Shown here one piece after another: positions 12,120 through 26,036 of a stretch of 64,000 nt of DNA. Where the stretch lies: NCBI RefSeq assembly GCF_001194135.2, contig NC_068981.1, positions 94,888,586-94,952,585 on the forward strand. Direction: 5' to 3'. Source of the DNA: Octopus bimaculoides (lineage: Eukaryota). The notes beneath the pieces are model-generated. The model searched no databases and had not been told where the DNA came from. It saw only the letters and a list, made by a program, of their open reading frames with translations. Position 1 is the stretch's first letter; each line of letters starts with the position of its first letter. Position numbers and translations under genes: made by a program.

Positions 12120-12495
12120 TATTCTTTTACATGTTTCAGTCATTTGACTGTAGCCATACTGGAGCACCACCTTAAAGTATTCTTTGTAGGTACTAGTACT
12201 TATTCTATTGGTCTCTTTTGCCAAACCACTAAATTAGAGAGACATAAACTCACCACCATCTGTTATCAAGCAATGGTGGGGAGATAAACACACACACACA
12301 CAACTATACATATATGTATATATATATATTATACGACAGGATTCTTTCAGTTTCTGTCTACCAAATCCACTCACAAGGCATTGATCGACCCGAGGCTATA
12401 GTAGAAGACACTTACCCAAGGTGCCATGCAGTGGGATTGAACCCAGAACCATGTGGTTGGGAAGCAAGCTTCATACCACACACCATGCCTGTAAT
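12120..12495 (-). mobile_element. tRNA-derived SINE (family A), reverse
   Basis: Reverse-complement head (CTTCATACCACACACCATGCC) and body (TTTCAGTTTCTGTCTACCAAATCCACTCACAAGGC). Confidence 0.85.
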
Positions 12496-14204
12496 ATGTT
12501 TCTGATTTAGGTACAAGGCTAGCAGAATTCATCAACCCAAGAACTTGACTAGAAAAAATACTGAAAGGCATTTTTTCTGATACTCTAATGATTCTGCCAG
12601 CTTCAGAATGCTTAAAATAACATCTACTTGTCATATCTTCATTACACATGGAACCACTTCATCCATAAATCATCTCCCTCTCATTCAAGAATGCAGCACG
12701 GAGTCATGTGGCAAACTAACTACCTGTTAACATAAAATATTAAAAAAAAAGACACTAATTTTCATTGGCTGAAAAAGATTATATAGAAATTATAGAGCTT
12801 TGATGCAACTTTGAAAGTTAATTTATCCAGTACAATTTTGGCATGTTATTTATTGTTTGTAATTGAAGAGCCTACTACTAAATGCTCCTCAGTCATATTT
12901 TCTAAAATAATGAGACAGCTATACCAAAATTTACAATGAAATCGCCAGAATCCATTCACAAGCTTAAATCAAGGAAAAAAGCTACTAAGCTAGCTATTTC
13001 TTTATCTAATGTGGATTCTGGTTGCTCTAAAATTGCTTATGTCTAGTGTGGACTCTCTTGTCACTTCAGTGAATAAGAGTTCAGCAAGACAGAAAATGAC
13101 CATCACCCTATAGCTACCTGTGTGCAGAGTCAAAGCTGAAGATGTCCTGTAGCTTCCTCTACCTGTCCATTTTGCCTCTTTCCCTATTGCCACTGGACTT
13201 GTGAAGAATGTGTGATGGTGTTAGTGCTGGTGTAGACTTATATCTAGTGATGTTGTGCAGAATATACCCAAGTCTAAAATTGACCATTAACCTTTTAGCA
13301 TTCAGATTACTCTGTCAAATGTAACATATTCACATCAATTTGAGTTAATCATACATTACCTCATTTCTTTGAGATTTCAATGTGATTGTATATTTTTGCA
13401 ATGACATTGTTAGATAGGAATGAGAGGCCAGATCTAATCAGTTTGAACATAGAACAGGTAGGAAATTTGGGGCTGTATGTGGCTGGTTTAAATGCTAAAG
13501 GATTATGATTATTTTGCAATGTCCGGCCATGCCAAAAGTGCACAAAGCCTCACTGCTTAACAAAATCTAAATCCAGATCCTTAAGAGTAGGCTTACTCCA
13601 TCAAAGTGGAAGAAGAATGAAATAAAGCAAAAGAACCCTCTTTACAGAAGTTTTTCACTTGAACCTAGCATTGTCATAGTGATACTGAGAATCAAGCTCA
13701 AAGCCAACAAGTTATTTTAACTATTCGTATTACTACCAGTATAGCATTGATACAATGTATACATTACTTTACCCGCTCTACTACTACTGATATGTGATCT
13801 AAAGTTTCCCCAATGGATTATTTAATGGGTTTTAGAAAGTTGAATTGAGGTACTCCAAGACAAAATATATTTTTCTTGAATCATTCAGAAATATTGTACT
13901 TTTGTTATTAGAAAACTTAGAAAACTAAAACTAGACTAATTCAGGAATAGTCAACTATTAGAATGTGAGAATCTTATTCATACTCACTTCTTGAAGTCCA
14001 TGTCGAATATGATGTTTGTTTACAAACTTTCTTGATCAACATAACTACTGATAGAGTGGATGCATAATGCCAGATTTCATGTAATGCCCTTTTGCAGTTA
14101 AATGACTAACTTCTATTGATATATATATATCTAAATTATAAATATTAAAACAATGCAATAGTAGTATTTTCCAGCGAAATAAAGCACTGTAAAGGTAGAA
14201 TTCA

Positions 14205-15150
14205 TCATCATCATTGTTGTCATTGTTTAATGTCCGCTTTCCATGCTCGCATAGGTTTGACTGGGGGCTGGCAAGCCAGAAGGCTGTACCAGGCTCCAAT
14301 CTAATCTGGCAAAGTTTCTATAGCTGGATGTCCTTCCTAATGCCAACAACTCCAAGAGTGTAATGGGTGCTTTTTATGTACCACCAGCATGAGAGCCAGT
14401 CAGGCAGTACTGGCATTGACCACGCTTGAATGGTGCTTTTTACATGCACCCGGCATTGAACCAGTCAGCTGGGTACATCTTATGGAGTTTATATCTACAC
14501 CTTTTCTACAGATCAAGCAGGGCCATCTACCTGAAGAGATTTGTAGTTTGTCTGCCTTCCTACTTATTAAGACTTTGGTTTTTGCTAGATTGACTCTAAG
14601 GCCCCTCGATTCTAGACCCTGCTTCCACACCTAAAACTTCTCTAGTTCTGATAGTGACTCAGCAATTAGAGCAAGGTCATCAGCATAGAGAAGCTCCCAG
14701 GGGCATCCCGTCTTGAATTCCTCTGTTATTGACTGGAGGACTATGATGAATAAGAGGGGGCTGAGGACTGATCCTTGGTGGACCCCTACCTGGAATTCTT
14801 CACCGTACTCATTACCAACCCTCAACTTACTGATAGCATCCCTGTACATGGCTTGTACAGCTCTCACTAACCATTCATTTATCCCTAGTTTCCGCATTGA
14901 CCACCAGATAAGTGATCAGGGGACCCTGTCAAAGGCTTTCTCCATGTCAACAAAAGCTAGTTAACGGAGGTTTATCTTTGGCTAGGTATTTCTCCTGCAG
15001 CTGTTTTACCAGAAATATAGCATCAGTGGTGCTTTTTTCCCTGGCACAAACCCAAACTGTATCTCTTCTAGACTGACTCTCTCCCTAATTAGTTGGGCTA
15101 TGACCCTCTCCATGACCTTCCTTACCTGATCCAATAACTTGATACCTTTG
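14205..15150 (-). mobile_element. 5'-truncated RTE-clade LINE (reverse transcriptase fragment plus 3' tail ending in GAT repeats)
   Basis: ORFs 14631-14897 (GVHQGSVLSPLLF..WELLYADDLALIAES) and 14400-14630 (GLRVNLAKTKVL) carry RT motifs. Confidence 0.92.
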
Positions 15151-15219
15151 TTTTGTAGTGGCATGGTTATTGACTGTTATTTCCAGCAAAAATTGATACC
15201 TTGTTGTTCCACTATTTCT

Positions 15220-15250
<31 letters not shown>

Positions 15251-15599
15251 ATAGTTCCACTGCATTTAGCTATACTATAGTGCAGGAGCTACTGTCTTAA
15301 CTTGCTATATGTCAAACCACCAAATTTAAGCTGAAGATTAAGCAAGGCAGTTCCAAGTTTATGAGTTGTATTACCTGTTAATACTTTAGTAAGATCGGGG
15401 TATTGACTTGTCCCAGTTTTTCTCTCAAAATGTCCTCTTAGATTGTATTTGACATCAACTCTGTCACTTTGTGATGACTGTTAAGTAACAGTTTGTCATA
15501 CTCTGCCTGTTACAGAAGCACACATTATATACAGTAGTAAAGAAGTTGCTAAGCTGTTCGGTCTTTATGTAAGAGCTGTTGTTACTACAAAATGACAGA

Positions 15600-17400
15600 T
15601 GATGAAGTCATTTGACCACATAAGAAGAAATCATGAATAATAGAAAATTTATTTTGATGGCTGTGTTGCTATCCTTCCTTCTGCAAAAATTCATGAACAC
15701 CACTTGTTAAGAGAATGCTGGACAAGGAAACAGTTACACATATTGCATTATTTTGCGATGGAAACTATAACAATATAAAAGGTTACTCTTCTAGCGTTCT
15801 CTTTTTATGTGCCATGCTTACAGACTTCAGTGATCATGGATCTCCATGCCAAACTCTGAAGATTCATGATTTTTCTTGGGAAAAATTCAGTAACAACTTT
15901 CTGTTGCATTCTTCCAGTTTATTTCCAGTTTATTTACCTAGACTCATCTCTAACCATTGCAGCAATGCATAAGATATTTTTTTGTTGATTAGCCTAATTT
16001 AGATCATGACAACATAAAATATAGGTTGTGCCAAGATATCTTTGACCATGAATGTATTTAATATAAGTAACATATGCAGCAAATGTAATAAAATACAAGT
16101 AGATATCAGAACTGCAGGTATAGTTCATGATGAAGTAGATATGCAGCTAATTAAATTTGATCATGAGCTTCTTATAAGAAAGGTTGATATGCAGATTCAT
16201 GAATTATCTGAGATCACTGAAGCTATAGATGACTAAGGCAGTAGTGATGGCATTTGACTATGAAAACATTCCTGACCACTGCCACTAACTGGGGTTGAGC
16301 AAAAGTATTGTAAGAGGCAACTTTGGATACATAATTTTTGCATCTATAACTGTGTAAAGCAACCAAGGTATACATTGAGGCTTTTACTGGAAAAGTGCCA
16401 ATGATGTAATATGTATAAAATCACACATCCCATCTCTTCCTCATAAGATCAGAAAGCTCTGTATGTTGTCTCAACCATTTATTTATTTATTTATTACATG
16501 TTATATATTTGTATGCTATGCTCACTACAAGCCTGGACCAGATTATTGTCAGTTACACGATGCCAGGCTGTAACAGGGTACCTTTGGCTGGGTAGAGCAA
16601 CAGAGAACAAAGGAGGAATTGGCAAACCCATTAGAGTAGATTTCGCTAATAAGACTCAGACCAGTACCAACCATTCAGCATAGTCTATGTTGAACAACTT
16701 CTAACTGAATCCATGGAAAAGGAAGGTACTTCACTTGTAAAGATTGAAAATTACAAGGTAGCTTTAGAATCTCTGTAGAAAAATACCCACTGGTCGCAGA
16801 GAATTCAAAGGAGATAACTCTTCACTATGTTGAATCAATATTTGGTCAGTGTCATACACTGTTTGTGGAGGCGCAATGACCCAATGGTTAGGGCAGCAGA
16901 CTCGCGGTTTCGATTCCCAAACTGGGTGTTGTGAGTGTTTACTGAGCGAAAATACCTAAAGCTCCATGAGGCTCTGGCAGGGGATGGTGGCGAACCCTGC
17001 TGTACTCTTCCACCACAACTTTCTCTCACTCTTTCTTCTTGTTTCTGTTGTGCCTGTAATTCAAAGGGTCAGCCTTGTCACACTGTATCACGCTGAATAT
17101 CCCCAAGAACTACGTTAAGGGTACACGTGTCTGTGGAATGCTCAGCCACTTGCATGTTAATTTCATGAGCAGACTGTTCCGTTGATCGGATCAACTGGAA
17201 CCCTCGACGTTGTAAGCGACGGAGTGCCAACAACAACATACACTGTTTAAATTGCTGAAGAGAGGATGTTTTTGTGTTTAAAGCTGGCACTAACTGTAAC
17301 CTTACCCTGGTATATAAAGTGTTTTTTCCAATAAAATTTGGTAAATTTGAGCATATTGCAGTCCCTGAAAAAGAAAACATTCTACCAAAACATTATGGTT
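15600..17400 (+). mobile_element. Decayed Sola-like DNA transposase, interrupted by a SINE
   Basis: Plus-strand fragments THIALFCDG, D YENIP..PLTGVEQKYCKRQLWIHNFCIYN (about 16255-16350) and LTLVYKVFFPIKFGKFEHI..LPKHYGY (about 17300-17405) resemble Sola transposase motifs. Many stops. Confidence 0.5.
16865..17236 (+). mobile_element. Near full-length tRNA-derived SINE with (CAA)n tail and 12-bp target-site duplication
   Basis: A-box-like GGCGCAATGACCCAATGG and B-box-like GGTTTCGATTCCC. TSD CATACACTGTTT at 16853-16864 and 17237-17248. Confidence 0.92.
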
Positions 17401-19617
17401 ACAATGAAAGATAATACTTGCAAAACTATGAGTAGCCAGAACAAACATTTGAATGTCATTCATTGACTTGGAAGGTTTCAAGAAATGAATTATTGTACAA
17501 TAAAATTTTGTGTAATATAATATCAGCACACAGCATTTTCTTGTAAAAGTCTTATATTAGCTAAAAAAAAAAAATACTGAAGTACACCCGAAAAAGTAAA
17601 GACATTGGCAGAATTAAACAATTAGCTATATGGGTAATTATCTCTTGTGAGTTTGAAGCATTTATTTGGAGGGCATTGACCAAAATCTGATATCAAGGCT
17701 CATTCGGATATTTGTCTAAACATAATGCAGAACTAGAGTTTTCTTTTATTTCGTATGATTAACAACTTATTTAAATGAGACAATATAAAATAAGTTTTAC
17801 TCCAAAAACTTGTCACTTTGACTTCAAAGACCTGACTTTAAAGCACAGAATTAATTACCTTACACTGAAAAAAAAAAAAAAAAAAAAATGAAGGGAATAT
17901 ATTTGAAACAAAAACACTAAAATAAATTTAAAATGACTCCTTTAACAAAAGTTTCTAGAAATTGTTTTTGTTAATTAATGAAGTTGTTTCTTTATCAGAC
18001 ATTGGTGCTTGGATAATACTTGGTACATAGTTATCTAAACAGGATGAAAGAATTCAAACTTTATTTTTCATTTGATAAATCCGCAAATCTAGTATTGTCA
18101 CTTAACTTGGACTTTATTTCAATTAAACTGTATTAGTTTGTGCCACATTGAAGTTAATTAACAAATAATACCAAAGAGCTCTTTTCTCAAAACATACTGT
18201 TCTGTTTGACTTTTTTTCTCTTTGTCCCAAAATATTTTTAAAGATATTTTTCATTTGACTCAGAGAGAACATTTTTCAAGTTTAGCTAGTGTCAAAACTA
18301 TTGTTGTAAAATATCTTGGGTATAAGTGGTGTTGCCATTTGGGTAAGTCTAGCTGGTTGAAGCATTTGATTGGGGGTTTCTAGCCAGGGTATTTGTACCA
18401 TTGTAAGATTTAAGTCTTTGAATTTGATCCTTATTTTTAAAATGTTTAGGAAGAAGATTTGGTTGCTGCATGGAACAGCTTGTGTAATTATACAGAAGTT
18501 CCAATTTTGGTTTACATTTGAAATATTGCCTGGAAAGAAGAACAATTTTATTTTAGATTTAATGTCTTTTCTTTTTTAAAATGCAGAAACTGTTTTCATT
18601 TAATGCCACAAAATTTTTGCCTCAGATATTTCAAGTCTGCCATTTTAGTTTTTGATTTAGCTTATTCAGATTTGGTGAAGTTATTTAGGTTATTCTTGTC
18701 ATCATTTAAGAATTATATTTAGAATGACATTTGTAATTAATTGTCTTGATTAATTTACATGGAAACATAGAACATTCAACTCCGAAGGCAGAGCTCTAGT
18801 ATAACTTTAATAATGATGGCTAAAACAAATGAAAGAACTAATTGCTAATAGCTTAATTTATAAAATAGAAAAGAAAGAAACAAAAACTACACTACTGTAG
18901 AATTAAGTTAGCATCAAGAGAATTTAGAAGTATATTGTAAAATAGCCTGGTTCTGTTTCTCCTTGAAAATATGAATAAACTGAAAATCTGTTTTACTCTC
19001 ATGTCTGTATATCTAAGTATAAATAAATTCCATATCTGCAATTTACAGAAGTCTTGAAGAGATGGGTAGGATTTCAGGCTGTAATTCACATTGTTTGCCC
19101 TATTTCTTACAATAAACAATACCTTGTTTTAATAGCTTAAACAAACAACTGTATATCAATATTGACTAGAAGCAAATTTTGGAGAAACAAATCTTTTACA
19201 ATAGGTGTAATGTAATTGGCTGGTTCCTTAGTCCACTTGCAGGTATTGAATTTAGACATCAGATGTATCAATCACTACTGTCTGAAAAAGCCTATAAGGC
19301 ACTTTCCCCTTCATTAATATATTTTCCATAAATCCTTGGCAAAAATATTCAAACATATCTTTCCTCTTGTCACTTGATATCTCTTATCATGTCGTCTTCA
19401 TATTCTGGGATGTTTAATATTTTGGACTAATGGGTATATGTCAATTAGAGTATTGAAGTGTTTGGTAGAGCACCGGCACAGTTTGGGCTACCTGGTGTCA
19501 TCCACAGTCAGGGTATATTTCCATTGGATCAACTACAGGAGCTCTGCAGTGTTAGCTGAGTTAATAATAATAATATTTCCAGTAACCAGAAGATGGATTT
19601 GGTATTGATCTTTATTT

Positions 19618-19723
19618 TGTACAACAGTCTTTTCGACCTATCCTGCTACTGTCCCTTATGGGTGGGGCTCTGTTCAGCATGTTGTGTTGCATCCATTTTG
19701 TAGTCTGGGTCTCATCAGGTACA
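19618..19723 (-). ncRNA. Hammerhead-ribozyme-like motif B with a long stem II loop
   Basis: Minus strand UGUAC CUGAUGA GACC [about 70 nt] GGUC GAAA AG-A-CUG UU/ GUACA. Stem I 5 bp, stem II 4 bp, stem III apparently missing one C. Confidence 0.55.
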
Positions 19724-19928
19724 TCCATACATAAAGTCATGTCTCACTAAAGATCCTGAGTTTTGGCTGTCATGTTGTTATGTCCCCTTCTGGTTAGAGA
19801 ATTGAAAATTGTAGCAATGTTTCATTCTCTAACCTGATGGGCGTATAACAACATGATATCCAACATTCAGAATCTTTAGCAAGGCAACTTTATGTATGGA
19901 TGTCCCTGATGAGACCCAGACTGCAAAA
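19696..19928. repeat. Fold-back inverted repeat of about 233 bp
   Basis: Outer arms 19696-19737 and 19887-19928 match at 40 of 42. Pairing continues inward (TAAAGAT.CTGA..TCATGTTGTTAT..GGTTAGAGAAT) to an ATTG-TAG-CAAT apex. Confidence 0.92.
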
Positions 19929-19944
19929 AGTTCATCAAGCAAAT

Positions 19945-20735
19945 CGTCATTTACAGTTTCATCTTAAGGGTCCCAGTTAGAATCTGGTGAGTCGACTTCA
20001 GTTTCATCTTCCCTCTCATACAGCATATCATCCTCTGTGCCATCCATTGTATTAGAGGTACCACATTTTTTGAATGATTTCACTATAATTTCTTTCTTCA
20101 CGTTTCCCCATGCCTTTATAACAAACTCACACAAAGCATCCAATGAAGCAGCCTTTTGTAAAAGATTTCTCTCCATGCACCATCCAATTGCTCCATTCCT
20201 CTCTCACATTATCTTTACTGTAGCCACTGATGTCTAGTGGCTACAGTAAAGAGGTCAGACCACCAGGTATAACTGCAATATCAGTATTATTTCATGATAA
20301 TCTGGCCTTAGTGTTCTTTGTTATGTGGCTACGAAACATATCCCAAAGCAATAGACTTCTTTCCTTTTTTATCCCACCCGGGTGTCTGCTCCAAGTATTT
20401 TCTATCCACAATTTTATGCCATTCTCATCCATCCTTTTTCATGAAAATGAACAACTACTCCAGAAGGAAAATTTATTTTAGGCTTAGTTTTCCGCTCAAA
20501 AATTATCACGGGTTTCAGTTTTGTTCCATTAGCCATGCACAATAATACAACTGTAAACCTTGTCTTTTGGCATGTTTCTTAAATTATCTTCATTTTTTCT
20601 CCAATCTCTTACCACTTTCTCAGCCACATCAAATATTCTCGCTGCAACACAGTTGTTAGATGCCTTGGCAACTTCAATAACTTTCAGTTTAAAACTTGCT
20701 TCGTGTCTTCTTCATTTTTTTGGCGGTTCCATGGG
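19945..20735 (-). mobile_element. Decayed pogo/Tigger-family transposase (deleted)
   Basis: Minus frames give an N-terminal SFKLKVIEVAKASNNCVAARIFDVAEKVVRDWRK and a C-terminal LCEFVIKAW..IIVKSFKKCG.SN.MDGTEDD (ORF 19964-20176). Confidence 0.85.
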
Positions 20736-21084
20736 TAGGTTGAGTATAAAAAATATTTAAAGAATTGTATCTGGTTGGTAGAAGAGTCAAAAACAGGCTG
20801 AATCAGAGAGAAAAGGAAGTGAAAACTACCATTGTAGTTGAAGCGCCTTAAACAGAAGAAAGCTGTTTGTTGATATAATGAGCTCGTCGGTTGCCAGCTG
20901 CTTTGAAAGTTTCAAATAGTTCGGCCACATGAACACACCTTTGTTTACAACGTTACAATTGACAGCATTAAAGAAAGAATCTGTTTCATCATCTTATACA
21001 AATTTATGTTAATACTATATATTGTTTCATGTCTTAACTTTTATGGATACGGTAGGTAAAATAACATTTCTAATAACATCATCA

Positions 21085-21560
21085 AGCAGGCCTGGCATCA
21101 ATCATGTTCGGATAGTGCTTTTTACATGCCACCTGCATGGGAACCAGTCAGGGGGTACTGGTATTGGCCACATTCGGATGGTGCTTTTTATGTACCACCA
21201 GCACAGGTGCCAGTCAAGGGGCACTGGCCACAGCTACAATATTGGTTTTACTTGACTCAACAGGTTTTCTCAAGCATATCATATCACCCAACACATCAGG
21301 GTTAACCTTAACTGGGCCTGACATGCATGGCTTCGATCTCACTTTAGTTGTCAGGTCTTCTCAATCACAGCATATCTCCAAAGGTCTCAGTCTCCTGTCA
21401 TTACCTCTGTGAGGCCCAATGTTTGAAGGTCATTCTTCACCACCTTATCCCATGTCTTCCCAGGTCTACCGTTTCCACAGGTTCCTTCTTCACACAGCTG
21501 TCCTCATCTATATGTAACACATGACCATACCAGTGCAGTCATCTCTCTTGCACACTATAT
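21085..21560 (-). mobile_element. RTE LINE 3' end and related SINE tail, reverse
   Basis: Same GTGCTTTT.ACATGCCACC..CCAGTC motifs as 14340-14460, followed by RTE C-terminal coding sequence. Confidence 0.65.
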
Positions 21561-24500
21561 AGAAAACAATCTCTCTGCATTTTCACTGTTGTGGTTTCAC
21601 CCGGATTCAAGAAAGTGGCAATTATAGATAATGGATACATACCTAATACACCTGAGTGAGATGAATAAGCAAGACAATGTGACAAGTAATGCAAATCTAT
21701 TAGAACTTTAAGTTCCAAAAAAGAAAAAAAAGGAATTTGGAAAAACCCGAAATAGATATGTCTATGATTTAGTGGAATGTGTACTAGAATTGTGCTGATT
21801 ATATGTATTATCGCATTTCCAATTTCTTTCCACATCCAAAAGACATTCTGTTAGTTTAGATCTAAAAATGAAATGGGAATAATGTCCAAAGTTTTTGAAA
21901 ATAGAGAAGAATATAAGAATTTTAGAAAATAGAGATAATGAAGGAAATTTTTGAAAACAGAAAATATCCACTGAAGTAAGGAAGCAAATTGGCTGTAGAA
22001 TTCAATGTAGCATAACAAAAAAATGATGGTACAGCAGTTTGCAAATGGATTTTGCTTATTGAAGGTTAATGCTATTCCAGAAGCAAAGTTTTTAGACAGA
22101 CTTATCCTGTATGAATATATGTGGGCAAAAACAATAGTAGAAATGCTATAGCTTAGAGCCATACAATTTATGTCACCACAAGGCACTAAATATAAACAAG
22201 CCAATGAGGTAGCTTCTTGGAAAGGTACAGAATTTTATATTCTTCCTAAATTTTCCTTGTAACAAAATCTTTACTATTTATGGTGTTTGGTTCAAATAGA
22301 AGCAGGATATAACAAAAAAATGTAACCAGGCAGTATGGTACAGCATGTTGAATTTAATGGAAGATAAATGGCTTGATGGTTTGGCTTAATAATCAAAATG
22401 ACTATATCCTGTAGCATAAATTCTGACCCTAAATTCTGCTGCTATCATTACTTTACACTATTAATATGAAAGTGATTGGATAACTACTAATATTAGGCAG
22501 CAGTTGACACTGTTTCATAGGTCAGAAGTGACCCAATCTGTTGAGCTGCAGCAAAATTGGTAATTGTTTTTGTAACTTGTTATAACAGAGAAACAAATGA
22601 GGTGATTCTAATCTACTGGATGTAAAGTGCAGGAAAGGTGGAGCTTAAGTGAGCTGAAAGAACAGCAGGGCATAAATGGCATTAGTAAATTATATGAAGA
22701 AGAGGCAGCATCACTAATATGGGCATGTGATGTTATTGAATGTTAAGTGCTGAGTGAAAAAGGTCTACATAGTGTTCAGTAGAATGTATTTGTTGAGGAA
22801 GACATAAGTATATCTAATTTAACATTGGTCTATTTTCCTTCTAACAACAGAACTTTAATTTAACAAAACAAATTCCAAATAAAATAACCAATTAAAAAAT
22901 TACAGGGAAAATATATAAAGGTTGCTACAGGGCAAAAACTCCTTGTCCTAGTACATTAAATAATGTATAAGGTTTTGGTGGCCTAGTTGACTTCGATTTA
23001 GTGATCAGATCTTATCTTATTGAGTGGATTGGATTGCCCATGGTCAGTCCACTGCAGGATGAAAGCCTCAACATGTCCTCTCCACTAGAGAATGGTTTGA
23101 GACCTTATTGGTTTGATGAGCCTCCTCAGCCACACTGGCTTGTCATAGCATGGCAGAGGAGTGCAGTTTTTATACTCATACTCAGGAGTAGTTAAAACCA
23201 TTATATGGACCCCAGTGTTCAATTGGCACTCATTATAGTGACTCTGAAAGGATGAAAGGCAAAGTAAACCTCAGTGGAATTTGAACTTAGAATGTAAAGA
23301 TTGACGAAATACCATTAAGCAATTCACTTTGCATGCTAACAATCCTGCCTCCTCTTCTTATTGATTAAAATGATTAATTAATCGCTAGCCCTTCGATATT
23401 TAAACTGGCCACATCTGGCTTCTCACACCCACCCTACAATGTCATTTGAAAGATAGTTGACTTCATCATTGAAATCTCAAAGCTACAAGATAATGCATCA
23501 TTATTTGAAACCAATATGATTAAGTAAGCATTACATCTGACAGAGCAATCTGAATGCTTAAGGATTAGACAAGGCTAGAACAAGTGGAATCTACTTTCTT
23601 TTGTTGAAATGTTAGTTTCTGCTTCATCTCATTGTACACCAATATGCATCTTTTGTTTATATTTAGAATAAATAGCATCACTTGTAAAGACCAGACTGTG
23701 TAGGTGTATGTTTGACATTCATAAGAGGTCAGTTTTGGTCCCAGAAATAAACGCTGTAAACCTTGATGATACTGTGTAATGAAAGGATGTATTTTTATAT
23801 ACTAACATACGTAAATAGAATGATGTAGTTACAAAAATAGAAGAAACAATACAGTTGCAAGTAAGGACTCTCAATACAGAGTTCAAGTTGACGTGCTTAA
23901 AGCATTAATGTTTGTTTACATAAGTAGCAGATTCAGTACTGTATACAAAAATGTATTTCCATACAAAGATGACCACTCAATATGCAAGTTATAATAATAG
24001 CCATGTTTATATACTTATATTGTGATTTGTCGTTGTGCAGATGACATGAAATTGAACTTATTCTAAAGTTGTTAGCATAATTCGCAATATATTTTTTTTA
24101 ATCACTCAAAATATTTCTCTCTTTAAAGGCCTCAGTGACTAAATATTGGGTTAGGTGTTAATTGATTGCATTTTTCTGCTATCTTGGGCTAATTTCATTG
24201 GTTGATTTCATGCAGTTCTATTAAAATGATACTTTGTTCCAGAGAGACACCAGTATTGTCTTTATATATGTTCAGCTATGAGTGTGTGTGTTTTGAAGTG
24301 GTAGAAAATATTATCATATGTCTAATCAAACTCACCTGATCCTTGAAAATAAAACAACCTTGTGACTTTCTATTGTTGTCTTAGTGTATAACCTATGGTC
24401 ATAGCAACATGTATTTTATGTATTTATTTGTTATTTTGAGCTTATGTATACGTCTCTGATATAACCATAACATGCTGATATTTATTTCTAGAAGTTCATG

Positions 24501-26036
24501 TCTATTTTTTGAGAGCTCATCATGCCCCTGTGTCTGGGAAGTAGCCAATGTCAGTTAGCGGTCACTATATAATTTACCTGCTGACCTGTCTGTCTGCTGT
24601 TATTGTCTTGCTATATGTTTTGTCTAATATTTGTTGAGGTGCCATAATGTCAATGTTTAACTTAACTATTTTCCTCTTCTGGTATGTGCTCTGTGTGTAT
24701 GTCTGTGCCGGGTTTTTTTTTGTTTTTTGTTTTTTGTTTTTTTCAGAGTCAAAATGTTTATGGTGTATGAGTTGACAAGTTCTCATATAATTTTGATTAA
24801 TATTTAATGAACTGGGGAAGAAAATGTTCAGAAAATTTTTTTTTAAATAATAGTAATAATAATTATGGTTTAAAATTTTGCCACAAGGACAGCAATTTTA
24901 GGGGAGGGGAAAAGTCAATTTCATTGACTCCAGTGTTTCACTGGGACTTAGTTTATTTTTTTATTGGTTTTTGTCATTAGACTGTAATCCATGCTGAGGT
25001 ACTGCCTTCAAGGGTTTTGTTAATCATGTCAACACCCAGTACTTACTTATTTCAATCTATTATTTATTTACATTTTACTCTATTTGTCAAACTGCTGAGC
25101 TTCAGGGTAATAATATTTCTGTCAATAAAAATAATGATGTTGATGCAATTAAATAAAGTTATATTTAATCAGTTGTAAATACATTCAGAATCAAGAAATT
25201 AAGTGAAATCTCCTTTTTAAAATGGGTTGGGTTGTTTCCTAACCGTTTATGATTTTTGTTATTGTTGTTATTGCTAAGTATACACGCTTGTGTTACTTGA
25301 TATCATATGTAGCTATTCGAAAATATTTGTTGTACGCAGATCAAACAATTAAATTATGATTTAAATGAGGAGTTTCTTGTCCTAAGACTGAGGATTTAAA
25401 ACTGTTCATTTCAAAGGTAGAAATTTGACAGCTGTATATATACTATGTTGGGGTCACTTGATTGATGCATTTATAACAGCCTTTGTTTTCATTGATTGTG
25501 TTGTGATAGTTTTTATCATTTGTTTTGTTCTTGGTTGTATGGTTTAGATTTAGAAAGTCAATAAGTCCTCTTGGATGTTACCGTCTTGAGTACTAGGACT
25601 CATAGGGCTGGTTACTTGGCTTCCATGGCATCTAATAGACCAGCATCACAACATTCTCCTTGAACAGAACACCAGTTTACCACAAGGTTATTCGTTTACA
25701 ACTGAGTGAACTGGAGCAATGTGAAATGAAGTGTTTCGCTCAAGAATACAATGCACTACCTGGTTTGGGAATAAAGAGCATGATTTGGTATCTGTGAGTA
25801 CCACTGTCTAACCACTAAGCCATGTGCCTTTATGCTTATCTTCAGTGGCATTAGATTATGACAATGTGTCTGTTAATGGCCTATCTGTTATGGTTGTATC
25901 ACCTTGTTTAATGTGACATGTGTAGTCTTTCACCTTTCCTCAGATATTCTATTGACTTAGGATAGAAGGAACTGGTGGGCCTTCTGGAAAAAGTTTTAGA
26001 TTTTGAATGAGAAATATTTTTATTGCTGGTATACTA

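Noticed and set aside
17308-17366. Apparent minus-strand exon with good acceptor and GTAAGG donor (GLQYAQIYQILLEKTLYIPG), suggesting a nested gene
   Set aside because: No consistent partner exons. The plus strand of the same bases reads as a Sola transposase C-terminus, and the next acceptor (about 16773) stops after six codons.
21550-22230. Coding-like stretch ending KFLDRLILYEYMW (Merlin-like)
   Set aside because: Too fragmented to assign, with no TIR or TSD found.
22535-22570. CTGTTGA GCT-GC-AGC AAAA
   Set aside because: Two core deviations, and the flanks form a simple hairpin rather than stems I and III.
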